A stretch of 64,000 bases of DNA from a virus (lineage: Duplodnaviria > Caudoviricetes): the IMG/VR virus record IMGVR_UViG_650627111_000001, positions 61,957-125,956 of that record; one strand, 5' to 3'. The position numbers and the translations under genes were made by a program. The notes below the pieces were generated by a model. The model worked only from the letters and a program-made list of their open reading frames with translations, had not been told where the DNA came from and did no database searches. Numbering within the stretch: the first letter of the stretch is position 1; each line of letters begins with the position of its first letter. Below are positions 1-9,259 of this stretch, piece by piece.

Positions 1-495
1 AATTATATGCAGTATATCTATGGTGATGATGCTAATGGGGATGGTATGCGGTGCACACTTTTCGTGTCTGGTTGTGAGATGATGTGCAAAGGTTGCCACA
101 ATCCTGAATCTTGGAAACTTAATGCAGGTAAGCTATATACAAAAGAATTTGAGGATAATATTATCCAAGATTTGCAATCTCCTTGGATTAAAGGGCTGAG
201 CTTAAGTGGAGGTCACCCCTTACACATTACGAATTTTGACACTGTACTGAGCCTGTGTAAACGTGTTAAGAATGAATTACCAGATAAGGATATTTGGTTG
301 TGGACGGGACATACCTTAGAAGAGGTTCAAAATGATACGTCACGTAGTCAAATTCTTGATGTGGTTGATGTGTTAGTAGATGGTAAGTTTATTCTTGAAC
401 TGAAGGACACTAACCTCGAATGGAGAGGTAGTTCAAATCAGAGAATATTTATAAAAGGAGGTTGTAATGATAACATTAGATTATTTGAAGTCTAG
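1..495 (+). CDS. nrdG: Anaerobic ribonucleotide reductase activating protein (radical SAM); start probably just before the window
   Basis: NGDGMRCTLFVSGCxxxCxGCHN radical-SAM motif, GLSLSGGHPL, DVLVDGKF, WRGSSNQR; frame is open from base 1. Confidence 0.95.
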   Translation, partial: NYMQYIYGDDANGDGMRCTLFVSGCEMMCKGCHNPESWKLNAGKLYTKEFEDNIIQDLQSPWIKGLSLSGGHPLHITNFDTVLSLCKRVKNELPDKDIWLWTGHTLEEVQNDTSRSQILDVVDVLVDGKFILELKDTNLEWRGSSNQRIFIKGGCNDNIRLFEV

Positions 496-1247
496 AGTAG
501 AATTAACAGAGGAGAAAGATTTCGTATTCAGATGGTTAAAAATTGAAAACCCCTCTAAATACAGTTCTTTTAACAGTAGGTATGCAGGTAACCTTGCAGG
601 GTCTATGCGAGAAGATGGGTATATAATAGTAAATTTCGAAGGATGTGGTAGGTACTTCCTACATAAGCTAGCTTATGTATTACAACAATATACCCGATAT
701 TTCTTTAGTGCCAGACGTGATAGACCACATAGATTTAGATACTAGAAATAATCTTGCAGATAATTTACGTGATGGTACCGGAAAAGTTAAAAACCAAAGG
801 AATAGGAAAGGTATAGGTGCTTGTGGGTATAAAGGTGTTAGTTTCTCTGATAAGACTGGGAATTACAGAGCGAGAATTGTTGTAAACAATCGAGAAGTAA
901 ACCTTAAAACTAGTAAGTGCATACAACCTTGCATCGAATTTTATAAAGCCACTTGCGTACATCTTAACTACCCTGTACTGAAGGAGTATACTAACGTACC
1001 AGATATAAAACTACCTAAAAGGGTTATAAATCTTATAGATAAAGCTTTTTCATACACTGTCGTAGACAAACAATCTCAGTATGTTGGAGTTGGGTGGAAC
1101 AAGAAACAAGGTAAATGGAATGCTATTGTGGTAGTTTAGGGAGGTAATAAATGTGTTGGTAGTTTTGATTGTGATATGCAAGCAGCTCTGGCAAGAGATA
1201 AGTTTATAAAAGAAAATAACTTATCTGCACTATTATCCTTAAGTTAA
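467..1247 (+). pseudogene. Disrupted HNH-AP2 homing endonuclease
   Basis: ORF 467-745 (AGSMREDGY..HKLAY) shifts frame near 672 into ORF 675-1139 (IDHIDLDTRNNLADNLR HNH, AP2-like YKGVS). After TAG 1137-1139 the frame continues GGNKCVGSFDCDMQAALARDKF to TAA 1247. Confidence 0.8.
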
Positions 1248-1275
1248 AGAACGTGTTGTAAACAGTATGTAAACA

Positions 1276-1310
1276 AAAGCCCCAAAGGATTTCTCCTACG
1301 GGGTTTATTT
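1276..1310. terminator. Probable bidirectional intrinsic terminator
   Basis: AGCCCC..AGGA-TTTC-TCCT..GGGGTT hairpin with A/T-rich flanks between convergent genes. Confidence 0.6.
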
Positions 1311-1861
1311 TATTTACCACTACCTATTCTACACGATAAGAAACTCACATCATATATGCTAAAGTTTCCATCACCTGCACGAATACTCACTTCAAACCCA
1401 TTCTCTTTCAAATCCTCACCGACGAATATACTTCCGTTCACAGTAATGAACTGTTCGACACCCGCACCTTTAGTCAAATTAAAGGTCTGGGCGGTCACCG
1501 GATTGTATAAAAACGAAGGTGATGTCACTAGCAAATCCGCATAACCATTCTGTGCAGAGCATTTAGCTTTGAAGCGAATTTCTGTTAGGAATAAGTCACC
1601 TATTGTCTGCGGACGGAATAATTGATTGTCAAAATCGTAATTTATTTCCAATCCATTGGATTGAGAGAAAGTGATGTCCACAGGTTGGAATGTAATTTTA
1701 GCAGACATACCTTGGTTGACAACAAGAGGTTGTGCGGATGTGTAATTACCGAGTTGTAAGAATTGCCATTTACCTACCTCATTAAGTGTTGTAGAGGTGA
1801 CAATTTTATTGGTGCGAGGATCTACAATGAAGTAGGTTTCTATAGTGGGTAATGTAGCCAT
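1310..1861 (-). CDS. Hypothetical protein, beta-rich, possibly virion-associated
   Basis: 183-aa ORF with AAGGAG RBS. Confidence 0.6.
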   Translation of the reverse strand: MATLPTIETYFIVDPRTNKIVTSTTLNEVGKWQFLQLGNYTSAQPLVVNQGMSAKITFQPVDITFSQSNGLEINYDFDNQLFRPQTIGDLFLTEIRFKAKCSAQNGYADLLVTSPSFLYNPVTAQTFNLTKGAGVEQFITVNGSIFVGEDLKENGFEVSIRAGDGNFSIYDVSFLSCRIGSGK

Positions 1862-1871
1862 TTTTGTCTCC

Positions 1872-2627
1872 TTAACTATAAGAGATCATTCGGATGGGGA
1901 GTTCTTTACCTTTCCTTTTATCAACATCCCCATTGAATAGTGCATTAGATAATGTCGCTAATCTATACCCATATGTTGTTGGGTTGGTCGTCAACAACAC
2001 CCTTTGGTAATACGTAAGAGTAAAACTCCCTGTATTCTCTATTAATGTTGTTGGGTTTTTAGAGTGAATGATAGTTCTTTTATTAGTACCCCCACTCTAA
2101 TACACAATACTCTTTTTCATAAGCGCTGACCACAGGGTAATTAACCAAAACCATACTTCCACTCATTGTGTAATTTACAGATATCACACTAGTGTTTGGA
2201 TTAAATGTACTCAAATCTGAAACCCTAAACTGTACAGGGAGGTTTGTCATAAATCTACGACCTAGCGTTGAATTAAACCAAGGTATACTATTTGCTGAAG
2301 CAGGGTGCACACTATTAGACCACCCGCCATCACTAAATGCATCTGGTTCAGCAGGGTCACTTTGACTTACGCGAACTTGTGTCGTAGGTGTTGATGAGAA
2401 CACTATCTTAGGTTCGAATACTGCAGGGACTCCAATGATAATTGTACCTTCTTCATCTGGATGTAGATTTGCTTGAAAACCAAGAGGTAATGTTCCCAAC
2501 AGTATCTTCTTTATGTTTGTGGATAAGAGGGTTTCGTCAGTACCATCGGTGTTACCCACAGTGATACCCCACCACCCGAACTACCCTGACGCAATGGAAT
2601 ACCATTAGCACGTTGTCTTATTTCCAT
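1872..2627 (-). pseudogene. ~251-codon gene broken by two G-tract frameshifts
   Basis: ATG 2627 with AGGA RBS (MEIRQRANG..), shift at G4 2567-2570 into ORF 2083-2559, shift at G5 2089-2093 into a frame open to TAA 1872; total span 756 nt. Confidence 0.7.
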
Positions 2628-2813
2628 AAAATATTCCTATTGTTAATATAAGGTAATTATATCATAAACAGAAAGATTTTTCATTAACAAAGAAATGCAA
2701 TAAAAGTAGTTGACAGTTAAATTTATGTGTGATAAAGTTAATTCATATAAACAAGAAGGGGGATAAATTATGAATTTCAGTAAATCACAATACACAATGA
2801 CAGAGGAAATAAT

Positions 2814-3215
2814 ATGATCGACAAAGATATTATTGAGCAATTGAACAAAGCACGACAAAATCCCATCCGTACTGTAGAAGTTACACGAGAAATTATTTGG
2901 GATGAAAGTGTACAATTTGCAAAAGAAGGGAATGAACATTTCTTCGAGAAATTATCATTATGTCAAGAAGAGGGAAGGTATGCTGTTGTACAGTATGATG
3001 GTGGATTTCCTATGATGATTGATATGCGTAAGAATAATGAATCAGATAAGATGAAAGTTACCATTGTTGATAAGCACGTATATGACATTATCATGGATGC
3101 AATTGAAACATATCGACTATACACTCACTATTATGTGAATGCATACGAATTCGTGCTTGTATACTGCCTGACACGTCACATAGACTTAGTAGAGTACGGT
3201 ATTATAGATTTATAG
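2814..3215 (+). CDS. Hypothetical protein
   Basis: 133-aa ORF, GAGG RBS, TTGACA promoter at 2710. Confidence 0.7.
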   Translation: MIDKDIIEQLNKARQNPIRTVEVTREIIWDESVQFAKEGNEHFFEKLSLCQEEGRYAVVQYDGGFPMMIDMRKNNESDKMKVTIVDKHVYDIIMDAIETYRLYTHYYVNAYEFVLVYCLTRHIDLVEYGIIDL

Positions 3216-3221
3216 AAAGAT

Positions 3222-3248
3222 GCCCTCAGAGCGATTCTGAGGGCTTTT
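3222..3248. terminator. Intrinsic terminator
   Basis: GCCCTCAGA-GCGAT-TCTGAGGGC-TTTT between convergent genes. Confidence 0.8.
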
Positions 3249-3258
3249 AACATAGGTA

Positions 3259-3825
3259 TTATTTAGCAGCTAATGCTTCTTTGAATACAACAATCATATT
3301 CTCTAAAGTGTTTCGCTTATTTAGCTGAATATCGAATTCCTCAGCAGCGTACTGGTCAAGAGCTAGTTTATCTTCTTTCGTATTTGAAAGAGATTCAATC
3401 CACTTCCAATCAGGCTCTTTAGCAGCTACCACCTCAACTACTTTTTCTTCGGCGGCTTGATTTTCTTCTTGTTCTTGTAAGGCATTCAACACCTCTTCAT
3501 CTTCTTTTGGTGACAATGAAATTAAAGATTTTGCTTCAACAGTAGGTTTATCCTCGACTAGGGGGATGTCACCTTCATCTAATGCAATATTGAAATAATT
3601 GTTGCGGGAATCACGGCATTTGTGAGGGATGAAGTTTGTACCATAACGGTTGTTCATTTCTTGGAACAAGGTTTGCCAACTTCCGCAACGAACAACTTCA
3701 CCTTCAGCAGTTTTGAACCATGCACGCACCAATTGTGCGCTACCAAATTCATCAATCCCACCATTGGTTTTCTTGGCAAGATATTTCCACAGCTCACGGT
3801 ATCCACGAATAAAATGATATGACAT
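3259..3825 (-). CDS. Hypothetical protein (late-type promoter)
   Basis: 188-aa ORF, AAGGAG RBS, TGTTATAAT at 3860-3868. Confidence 0.75.
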   Translation of the reverse strand: MSYHFIRGYRELWKYLAKKTNGGIDEFGSAQLVRAWFKTAEGEVVRCGSWQTLFQEMNNRYGTNFIPHKCRDSRNNYFNIALDEGDIPLVEDKPTVEAKSLISLSPKEDEEVLNALQEQEENQAAEEKVVEVVAAKEPDWKWIESLSNTKEDKLALDQYAAEEFDIQLNKRNTLENMIVVFKEALAAK

Positions 3826-3957
3826 ATATTTCTCCTTTGATGGTTAAGTGTATAAGACAATTATAACAGAATGTAGATTATTTCTCAAATAAATCGTTGA
3901 CATCAGGTTTTATTGTGATAAAGTTTGAGGTTGGTTAGTTTGTTTTAAGGAGGAACA

Positions 3958-5196
3958 GTGGAGTTCGTAAACGAAGAGTTACTGACCGAAGGTCAGAAGA
4001 GTAAGATAGGGTTGCAATGGGAAACACCAAAAGGTGGTGTGTTGACTGTTATTGGTGTTGTTAGTGGAAAAACTTTAGATAAAACCATGTTTGCCTTAAC
4101 ATGTAGTATATGCAATAAAGATAGGGAGTTATTCCCACAACCTTTTGTAAGGAATACTGCTGTAATTTCCAACAAGAGGGTTTGCTGTAATTGTGTCCCT
4201 TCTTTTAGATTTACAGTCCAGCAATACGAAGTTCTAGCCAAAAGATATTGTGAAGCTCTAGGTGTAGAGAGTTTAGGGATGAGCGGAGAATTTAAAGGAG
4301 ATAGAACAATTTGGAAGATAAAGTATAAAGGTGTAGAAGATTTTACTTCAATAGAATCCTTATCTAATGGAAAATTATCTTATAAGTTAAGTTGCTTGAA
4401 AAGGGCGGGTAAGATCCCTTTGTGTAATTTCGAAAGCTTCTTAGATAAGGTATCTCCTTTGTTTCCAGAGGGTACTATATTTTCTTTATCGATGGATAAG
4501 ACGTGGGCAAACGCTAAAGGTACCTATTACATATATAAATGTCCTGTTTGTTCAGAAGACATGTACACCAAAGCAGGAGTTTGTACTGGAAGATTTATAT
4601 CCTACAGAGGATCTCTTTCGAAAGGTATAAAAGCTTGTCGATGTTCTAAAGGGTATCGTTGGAAGAAAGATGAGATTGAACTATATCTAAACCACGAACT
4701 GTCTAAAATAGGGTGGAAGTTTGGAGGTTGGTTAACTGACTATAAGAAAGCACTTTCCTTTTTCAATTTCACTTGTGATAGAGGTCATTACCACAAATTG
4801 ACCGTTAATGATTTCAAGTGCGGTACTAGGTGTGGTCAATGTGCTTTAGAAGATAGTTTGGTAGATGGAAGGGCTAACGGTTATTTTCCAGAAAGAGAGA
4901 ATGAACAAGACTACTTGTACCTTTTAGATTTTCAAGGTGAGTTTATAAAAATAGGTCGTTCATTTAATATAAAAGCTAGAATTAGTAAACTTCGTAGTGA
5001 AAGCTCAATCAAAGATGTCAATTTGATTTATTATTCCCAAGGTAATCACGGAGATGTATATAGGTACGAACAACAAATTCTTGATATACTAAGGATTAAG
5101 GGTTACACTTATACTGAGAGAAGTTTCAGCAAGGAAATTTTTAAAAACGAAGCACTATCAGAGGCTTTTGATTTAGTTAGTAAGTTTGGCAAATAA
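3958..5196 (+). CDS. Free-standing T5orf172/GIY-YIG-like homing endonuclease with Cys-rich DNA-binding repeats
   Basis: CxxC/CxC repeats; C-terminal YLYLL..FIKIGRSFNIKARI..YEQ motif; AGGAGG RBS; TTGACA promoter at 3897. Confidence 0.85.
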   Translation: MEFVNEELLTEGQKSKIGLQWETPKGGVLTVIGVVSGKTLDKTMFALTCSICNKDRELFPQPFVRNTAVISNKRVCCNCVPSFRFTVQQYEVLAKRYCEALGVESLGMSGEFKGDRTIWKIKYKGVEDFTSIESLSNGKLSYKLSCLKRAGKIPLCNFESFLDKVSPLFPEGTIFSLSMDKTWANAKGTYYIYKCPVCSEDMYTKAGVCTGRFISYRGSLSKGIKACRCSKGYRWKKDEIELYLNHELSKIGWKFGGWLTDYKKALSFFNFTCDRGHYHKLTVNDFKCGTRCGQCALEDSLVDGRANGYFPERENEQDYLYLLDFQGEFIKIGRSFNIKARISKLRSESSIKDVNLIYYSQGNHGDVYRYEQQILDILRIKGYTYTERSFSKEIFKNEALSEAFDLVSKFGK

Positions 5197-5199
5197 ATA

Positions 5200-5222
5200 A
5201 AGAGGACTCTTTCGAGTCCTCT
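5200..5222. terminator. Terminator between the HEG and the capsid operon
   Basis: AGAGGACTC-TTTC-GAGTCCTCT perfect hairpin. Confidence 0.75.
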
Positions 5223-5237
5223 AATATATTAGATATA

Positions 5238-6257
5238 TTATGCAACAGTAATGGTCAAGTCACAGATAAGTTCACTGCGAGTAACCATACAAGCATAAGA
5301 AACTTCTGATTCAATGACATCACGACGCCAATTCTCACCAGCATTCAAGAACAGGTAGCTGCCTTGGCTGATAGTGTTCACGTGATCTGTTGAATCTGCA
5401 GGTGCATAAACTGCTTGGAACATATCTTGTACACCCAGAGGGAACATATAAGCTGAACCATCTGTAAGTTTACCAGAGGTGTCTTCAACAAGAGTAACAC
5501 CTTTATGAGTGAACACTTGGAAGTCAACTGCATCACCAAGGCGGCGAGTCAGGTACTCAGCACCACCATCACGACCTTCGTAAGCAGCACGTACATCTGG
5601 GTGATCTACGATAGCGTTGAAGTCACGAGTGGTACACAGAACAACCATACTAGTGAAACCATTGTTCTCACCCATCGAATCGATGATTTCTTGACGTTTA
5701 GTAGCCAATACACTAAACGGGTTAACTGCGGTTGTAGTATTGATTGCACCCGTCTTACGTGAAACACCCCACAGGGTAGAGAAGTTCTTAGCTAGTGCCG
5801 TGATCTCGTTACCATCTTCATCTTCTGCAAGAATTTTGTCTTCTAGAAGTGCTGTATATTGACAGTCACGAATGTAAATACCGTGTGAACGTTGAATGTG
5901 TTCAATCTTACGTTGTACAAGAGCTTCAATAGAAGCTGTTTGACTTTCAGTACCATATTGACGGAAAGCTTCGACTTCAGAGGCTACAGTAACACCATCT
6001 AATGGTGCGAAAGGAACTTCGATAATCTCTTTACGAGCTTTCTCAGAACCGATATATTTACGAGAGCCACCACGAGCCATCGCATTCATTTTTGTTACAC
6101 CCTTCTCTTCACGCTCGAATTCAGCGTAACGAGAGTCGATGTAGCGAGTGTTAGACTCAGAGAAAACACCTAGAAGTTCTAGAAAGTTCTTCGAGCGAGG
6201 TGCCAGAGCCATCAATGAGGTATAGTCTACTACACCAAAATCACCCATACGTGCCAT
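5238..6257 (-). CDS. Major capsid protein (HK97 fold, lambda E-like)
   Basis: 339 aa; last gene of the portal-protease-scaffold-decoration run; resembles ICP1 capsid as I recall it. Confidence 0.9.
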   Translation of the reverse strand: MARMGDFGVVDYTSLMALAPRSKNFLELLGVFSESNTRYIDSRYAEFEREEKGVTKMNAMARGGSRKYIGSEKARKEIIEVPFAPLDGVTVASEVEAFRQYGTESQTASIEALVQRKIEHIQRSHGIYIRDCQYTALLEDKILAEDEDGNEITALAKNFSTLWGVSRKTGAINTTTAVNPFSVLATKRQEIIDSMGENNGFTSMVVLCTTRDFNAIVDHPDVRAAYEGRDGGAEYLTRRLGDAVDFQVFTHKGVTLVEDTSGKLTDGSAYMFPLGVQDMFQAVYAPADSTDHVNTISQGSYLFLNAGENWRRDVIESEVSYACMVTRSELICDLTITVA

Positions 6258-6282
6258 AATATATTATCTCCTTGGAATTAAA

Positions 6283-6666
6283 TTAAACTAGACGAGAGAA
6301 GTCAGTAACTGCTGATTGAATTAGCAGGTTCTTACCTTCAACTGCAGCCGCGAGTGCAGCAACTTCTGGTGCAGACAAACCATCTTGGTCATCTGAGTAA
6401 ACCAGTGCGTCTGAGTTTACAATAGCGTTACGTTTAACAACGTTAACAAGAGCAGTGGTACCAACAGCAGGTTTAAACTCACCGAATTGTTGATCATCAA
6501 TGAAACCTACAACGTTAGCTACATCAGCTTTAGCAGCTTCAGTGCCAGCGGCAACAAGTGCAGAACCGTGAGTCATAGTGGCGGTTACAGTCACTAGAAC
6601 AGATTCCATTGAAAGTTTAGGGTCTGCACAATGCAGGGTTACTTTTTTACGATATGAAATAGCCAT
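6283..6666 (-). CDS. Head decoration protein (putative)
   Basis: Small Ala/Val-rich protein between scaffold and capsid genes. Confidence 0.7.
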   Translation of the reverse strand: MAISYRKKVTLHCADPKLSMESVLVTVTATMTHGSALVAAGTEAAKADVANVVGFIDDQQFGEFKPAVGTTALVNVVKRNAIVNSDALVYSDDQDGLSAPEVAALAAAVEGKNLLIQSAVTDFSRLV

Positions 6667-6681
6667 TCTCAAATTCTCCGA

Positions 6682-7743
6682 TTATTTAGCTTGTTTCTTG
6701 GCGAGGGTTGCTGCTACTGCTTTCTCCAGTTCTGATTGACGTTCAGAGAGATTAGGAGAGGTTTTACCTTTCGGTTCACCACGAATAGCTGAAGGGTTAC
6801 CAAACTCTTCTTTTACTTTTACTACTTCTTCTTGAGCTTTAACAACTTCAGCTTCAAGAGCTTCAATCTTATCTTGTGCAGCAGACATAGCTTTGACCAG
6901 CTCAGCAGCCACAGTATCTTCAGCACCAATAAGAGCTTTAACTAATTCTTCAACACCAGACTCATCTACGAATGATAAACTCTTAACAAGTTCTGTGGTT
7001 TGTGCATCACGAGCTGCTTTCTGAAGCTCCGCTTCTTTTTCAGCTTCCCAAGCCTCACGTTGTGCTTTCATCAACTCTTGGAACACTGTTGATTTAAGCA
7101 ACTCTTCGGCTGATAGATTTTGTACATCGACTTTATCAGTCATATCGTTACCTTCTTCTAGTTTAACTGGGGTATCTTGAGAATCAGATTCCTGACCTTC
7201 CCCCTCGATTTCCCCAGAATCGTCAGAAGATTTCTCCTCTTCAGTTTTTGGGTTTTTCTCCTGCACCCAGAAAGAAGCTTTGATTAGCTCTTCACCGGTT
7301 TCAGAATCCACATATAACTCACGGTGAGAAGCTTCACGCAAATCTTCACCTAAAGTTACAATTCCATCTTCAGTTGCTGTATAATTCACTGCCCATAGAG
7401 TACCTTGGAAATGAAAAGCAACCATGTCATCATTAAAATCAACAACCTCTACCCAAATATATTCACCATTGGATGATATATTCTCACGAAGAAATTTCTC
7501 TAGAGTTTCCTCTAAACTACTCTTCATATTACGGTAGGTCATTTTAATTAATTCTTGTTCACTCACTACACCTTCCAAAGATTTAATAATTTCTTTAGTC
7601 GGTACAGGATTACCAGATTTGAATAACAAAGCCTCTGGACGTAGGTTAGCACTATAACCTTGACTCTTGTGGCAGATAGCCAGATGAGGATTTGGCTTAT
7701 CAAAATTCAAATCGGTAACTTCGGAATATTTATCTAAATCCAT
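6682..7743 (-). CDS. Capsid scaffolding protein (putative)
   Basis: Acidic linker and long coiled-coil C-terminal half; position in head operon. Confidence 0.7.
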   Translation of the reverse strand: MDLDKYSEVTDLNFDKPNPHLAICHKSQGYSANLRPEALLFKSGNPVPTKEIIKSLEGVVSEQELIKMTYRNMKSSLEETLEKFLRENISSNGEYIWVEVVDFNDDMVAFHFQGTLWAVNYTATEDGIVTLGEDLREASHRELYVDSETGEELIKASFWVQEKNPKTEEEKSSDDSGEIEGEGQESDSQDTPVKLEEGNDMTDKVDVQNLSAEELLKSTVFQELMKAQREAWEAEKEAELQKAARDAQTTELVKSLSFVDESGVEELVKALIGAEDTVAAELVKAMSAAQDKIEALEAEVVKAQEEVVKVKEEFGNPSAIRGEPKGKTSPNLSERQSELEKAVAATLAKKQAK

Positions 7744-7751
7744 TAAAGCAC

Positions 7752-8588
7752 CTATTTAAGTTTAAAGAATTCTTTAGCGCCTTTACCTTTCATCTCGCCC
7801 CGAGGCCATAACCACCGAGCAGACCAGTAAAGTGGAGAGAACTTATCGTCAATACCTTTTTGATTACCAAATCGAGCATAGAAGTTATCATTAGCTTCTT
7901 CGCTTTGATTATCTGGCATACTTGGATCACCAAACCGCACTACAGCAATCTTATCACCATCTTTAACTAGAACTTTACCTTGCTTATCTCCAGAATCTTT
8001 CATAGGCTTGTTATAACCTACAAACTTCTCTCCTCGGTAAACAAGATTTCCATTATCATCTTTAGTGACTTTAGCTTTTACTAATTCTCTTGGGTCATTG
8101 ACAACACCCCAGCCACGAATTGACAATCCAGCAATCTCTGTAGTACCATCCTCTAATGGTGTAGTACGTGCCTTCCATAAAGTAGAATCGTGGAATTTAA
8201 CTTCAGCACACCATGTACCAGCTTTAACTTTCTGACCATTAACTTCACAATCAAAAGGTACAATATAGTGTTTCAGTAGCTCGACGTATTTTTTATCTAC
8301 ATCATCAATCTGGTGAAAGAGGTTCATACTTAGACGACCTTCTTTCCATGCCTTATCAAAACTCTGATAACCTTTCTCAATGGTTGTATCTGAATAATAC
8401 ATACCGTGTGCATCAGGTGTAAAAGGTTCAGCGATTATTTCAACACTGATTTGATTTTTATAATCATGACTCTTCTTAATCTCTACATCTGATTTAACAG
8501 CATCAGCAGATTTCTGAATATCTTCGATTACTTTATCTTCATTTACTTTTCCAAAACATTTTAGAAAAGCTAAAAACTCTTTCTTCAC
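7752..8588 (-). CDS. Prohead protease (XkdF-like) with extra C-terminal domain
   Basis: PFTPDAHG, NLFHQ, VKAGTW, GLSIRG motifs; C-terminal VRFGDP..FYARF..FSPLYWS module. Confidence 0.7.
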   Translation of the reverse strand: MKKEFLAFLKCFGKVNEDKVIEDIQKSADAVKSDVEIKKSHDYKNQISVEIIAEPFTPDAHGMYYSDTTIEKGYQSFDKAWKEGRLSMNLFHQIDDVDKKYVELLKHYIVPFDCEVNGQKVKAGTWCAEVKFHDSTLWKARTTPLEDGTTEIAGLSIRGWGVVNDPRELVKAKVTKDDNGNLVYRGEKFVGYNKPMKDSGDKQGKVLVKDGDKIAVVRFGDPSMPDNQSEEANDNFYARFGNQKGIDDKFSPLYWSARWLWPRGEMKGKGAKEFFKLK

Positions 8589-8597
8589 AATAACTCC

Positions 8598-9155
8598 TTA
8601 TGACTGAGCTTGTTTCATTTGTTCAAGAAACTCAACCCATGTATTTGCCATACGAGCCTCTTCTTCAATATCTTCTTCTGTTAAGAAGTTGGGATTCTGT
8701 CCAGTAACCTTCTCATAGACATCATTGATTTCAAATGGAATATTGAATACAATGTCATTGATAGTGATTTTAGAAACTGGCTCTTTCGTAGTGACGCTAT
8801 TAGTTTCAGAATATTGACCAACAGTATCTTGTCCACGAACATAGGTAAGAATTGCACCTTTGTTATTAAAAGTGATTTTCTTATTTACAGAAGTGTCACG
8901 TAATGTGATAGCGCGAAGTTCTTTTGATTGAACATCAAATTCTGCCTCTAGCTCGTTCAAACTAAATGAACGTAAACATAATGAATTTAATCCATCGTAA
9001 GTATGTGCAAATATTCGATATTCGCTCACCTTAGTTGCAGCAGATTTGATAATTTCATCAGAAGATTCAACCCAACCTTTCTCATGAAGCTCAAGAGGTA
9101 TCGAAGGAATTGCATGTTTACCACGAATGGTGAAATGCTTAGTAAATGTTTGCAT
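8598..9155 (-). CDS. Hypothetical protein, first gene of the capsid operon
   Basis: 185-aa ORF after TGTTATAAT at 9183-9191. Confidence 0.7.
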   Translation of the reverse strand: MQTFTKHFTIRGKHAIPSIPLELHEKGWVESSDEIIKSAATKVSEYRIFAHTYDGLNSLCLRSFSLNELEAEFDVQSKELRAITLRDTSVNKKITFNNKGAILTYVRGQDTVGQYSETNSVTTKEPVSKITINDIVFNIPFEINDVYEKVTGQNPNFLTEEDIEEEARMANTWVEFLEQMKQAQS

Positions 9156-9259
9156 TCATTTAATTCCTTACCTTATGTGTTAATTATAACAGAAATAATA
9201 ATCGTTCGCAACAACAAATATTACAATTATTAATGCAAACGACATATTTATTTAAATTA

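Noticed and set aside
1137-1139. Genome-wide amber recoding
   Set aside because: TAG ends several ordinary genes (for example 3215, 44146, 53181) and no suppressor tRNA is visible; a single nonsense mutation is simpler
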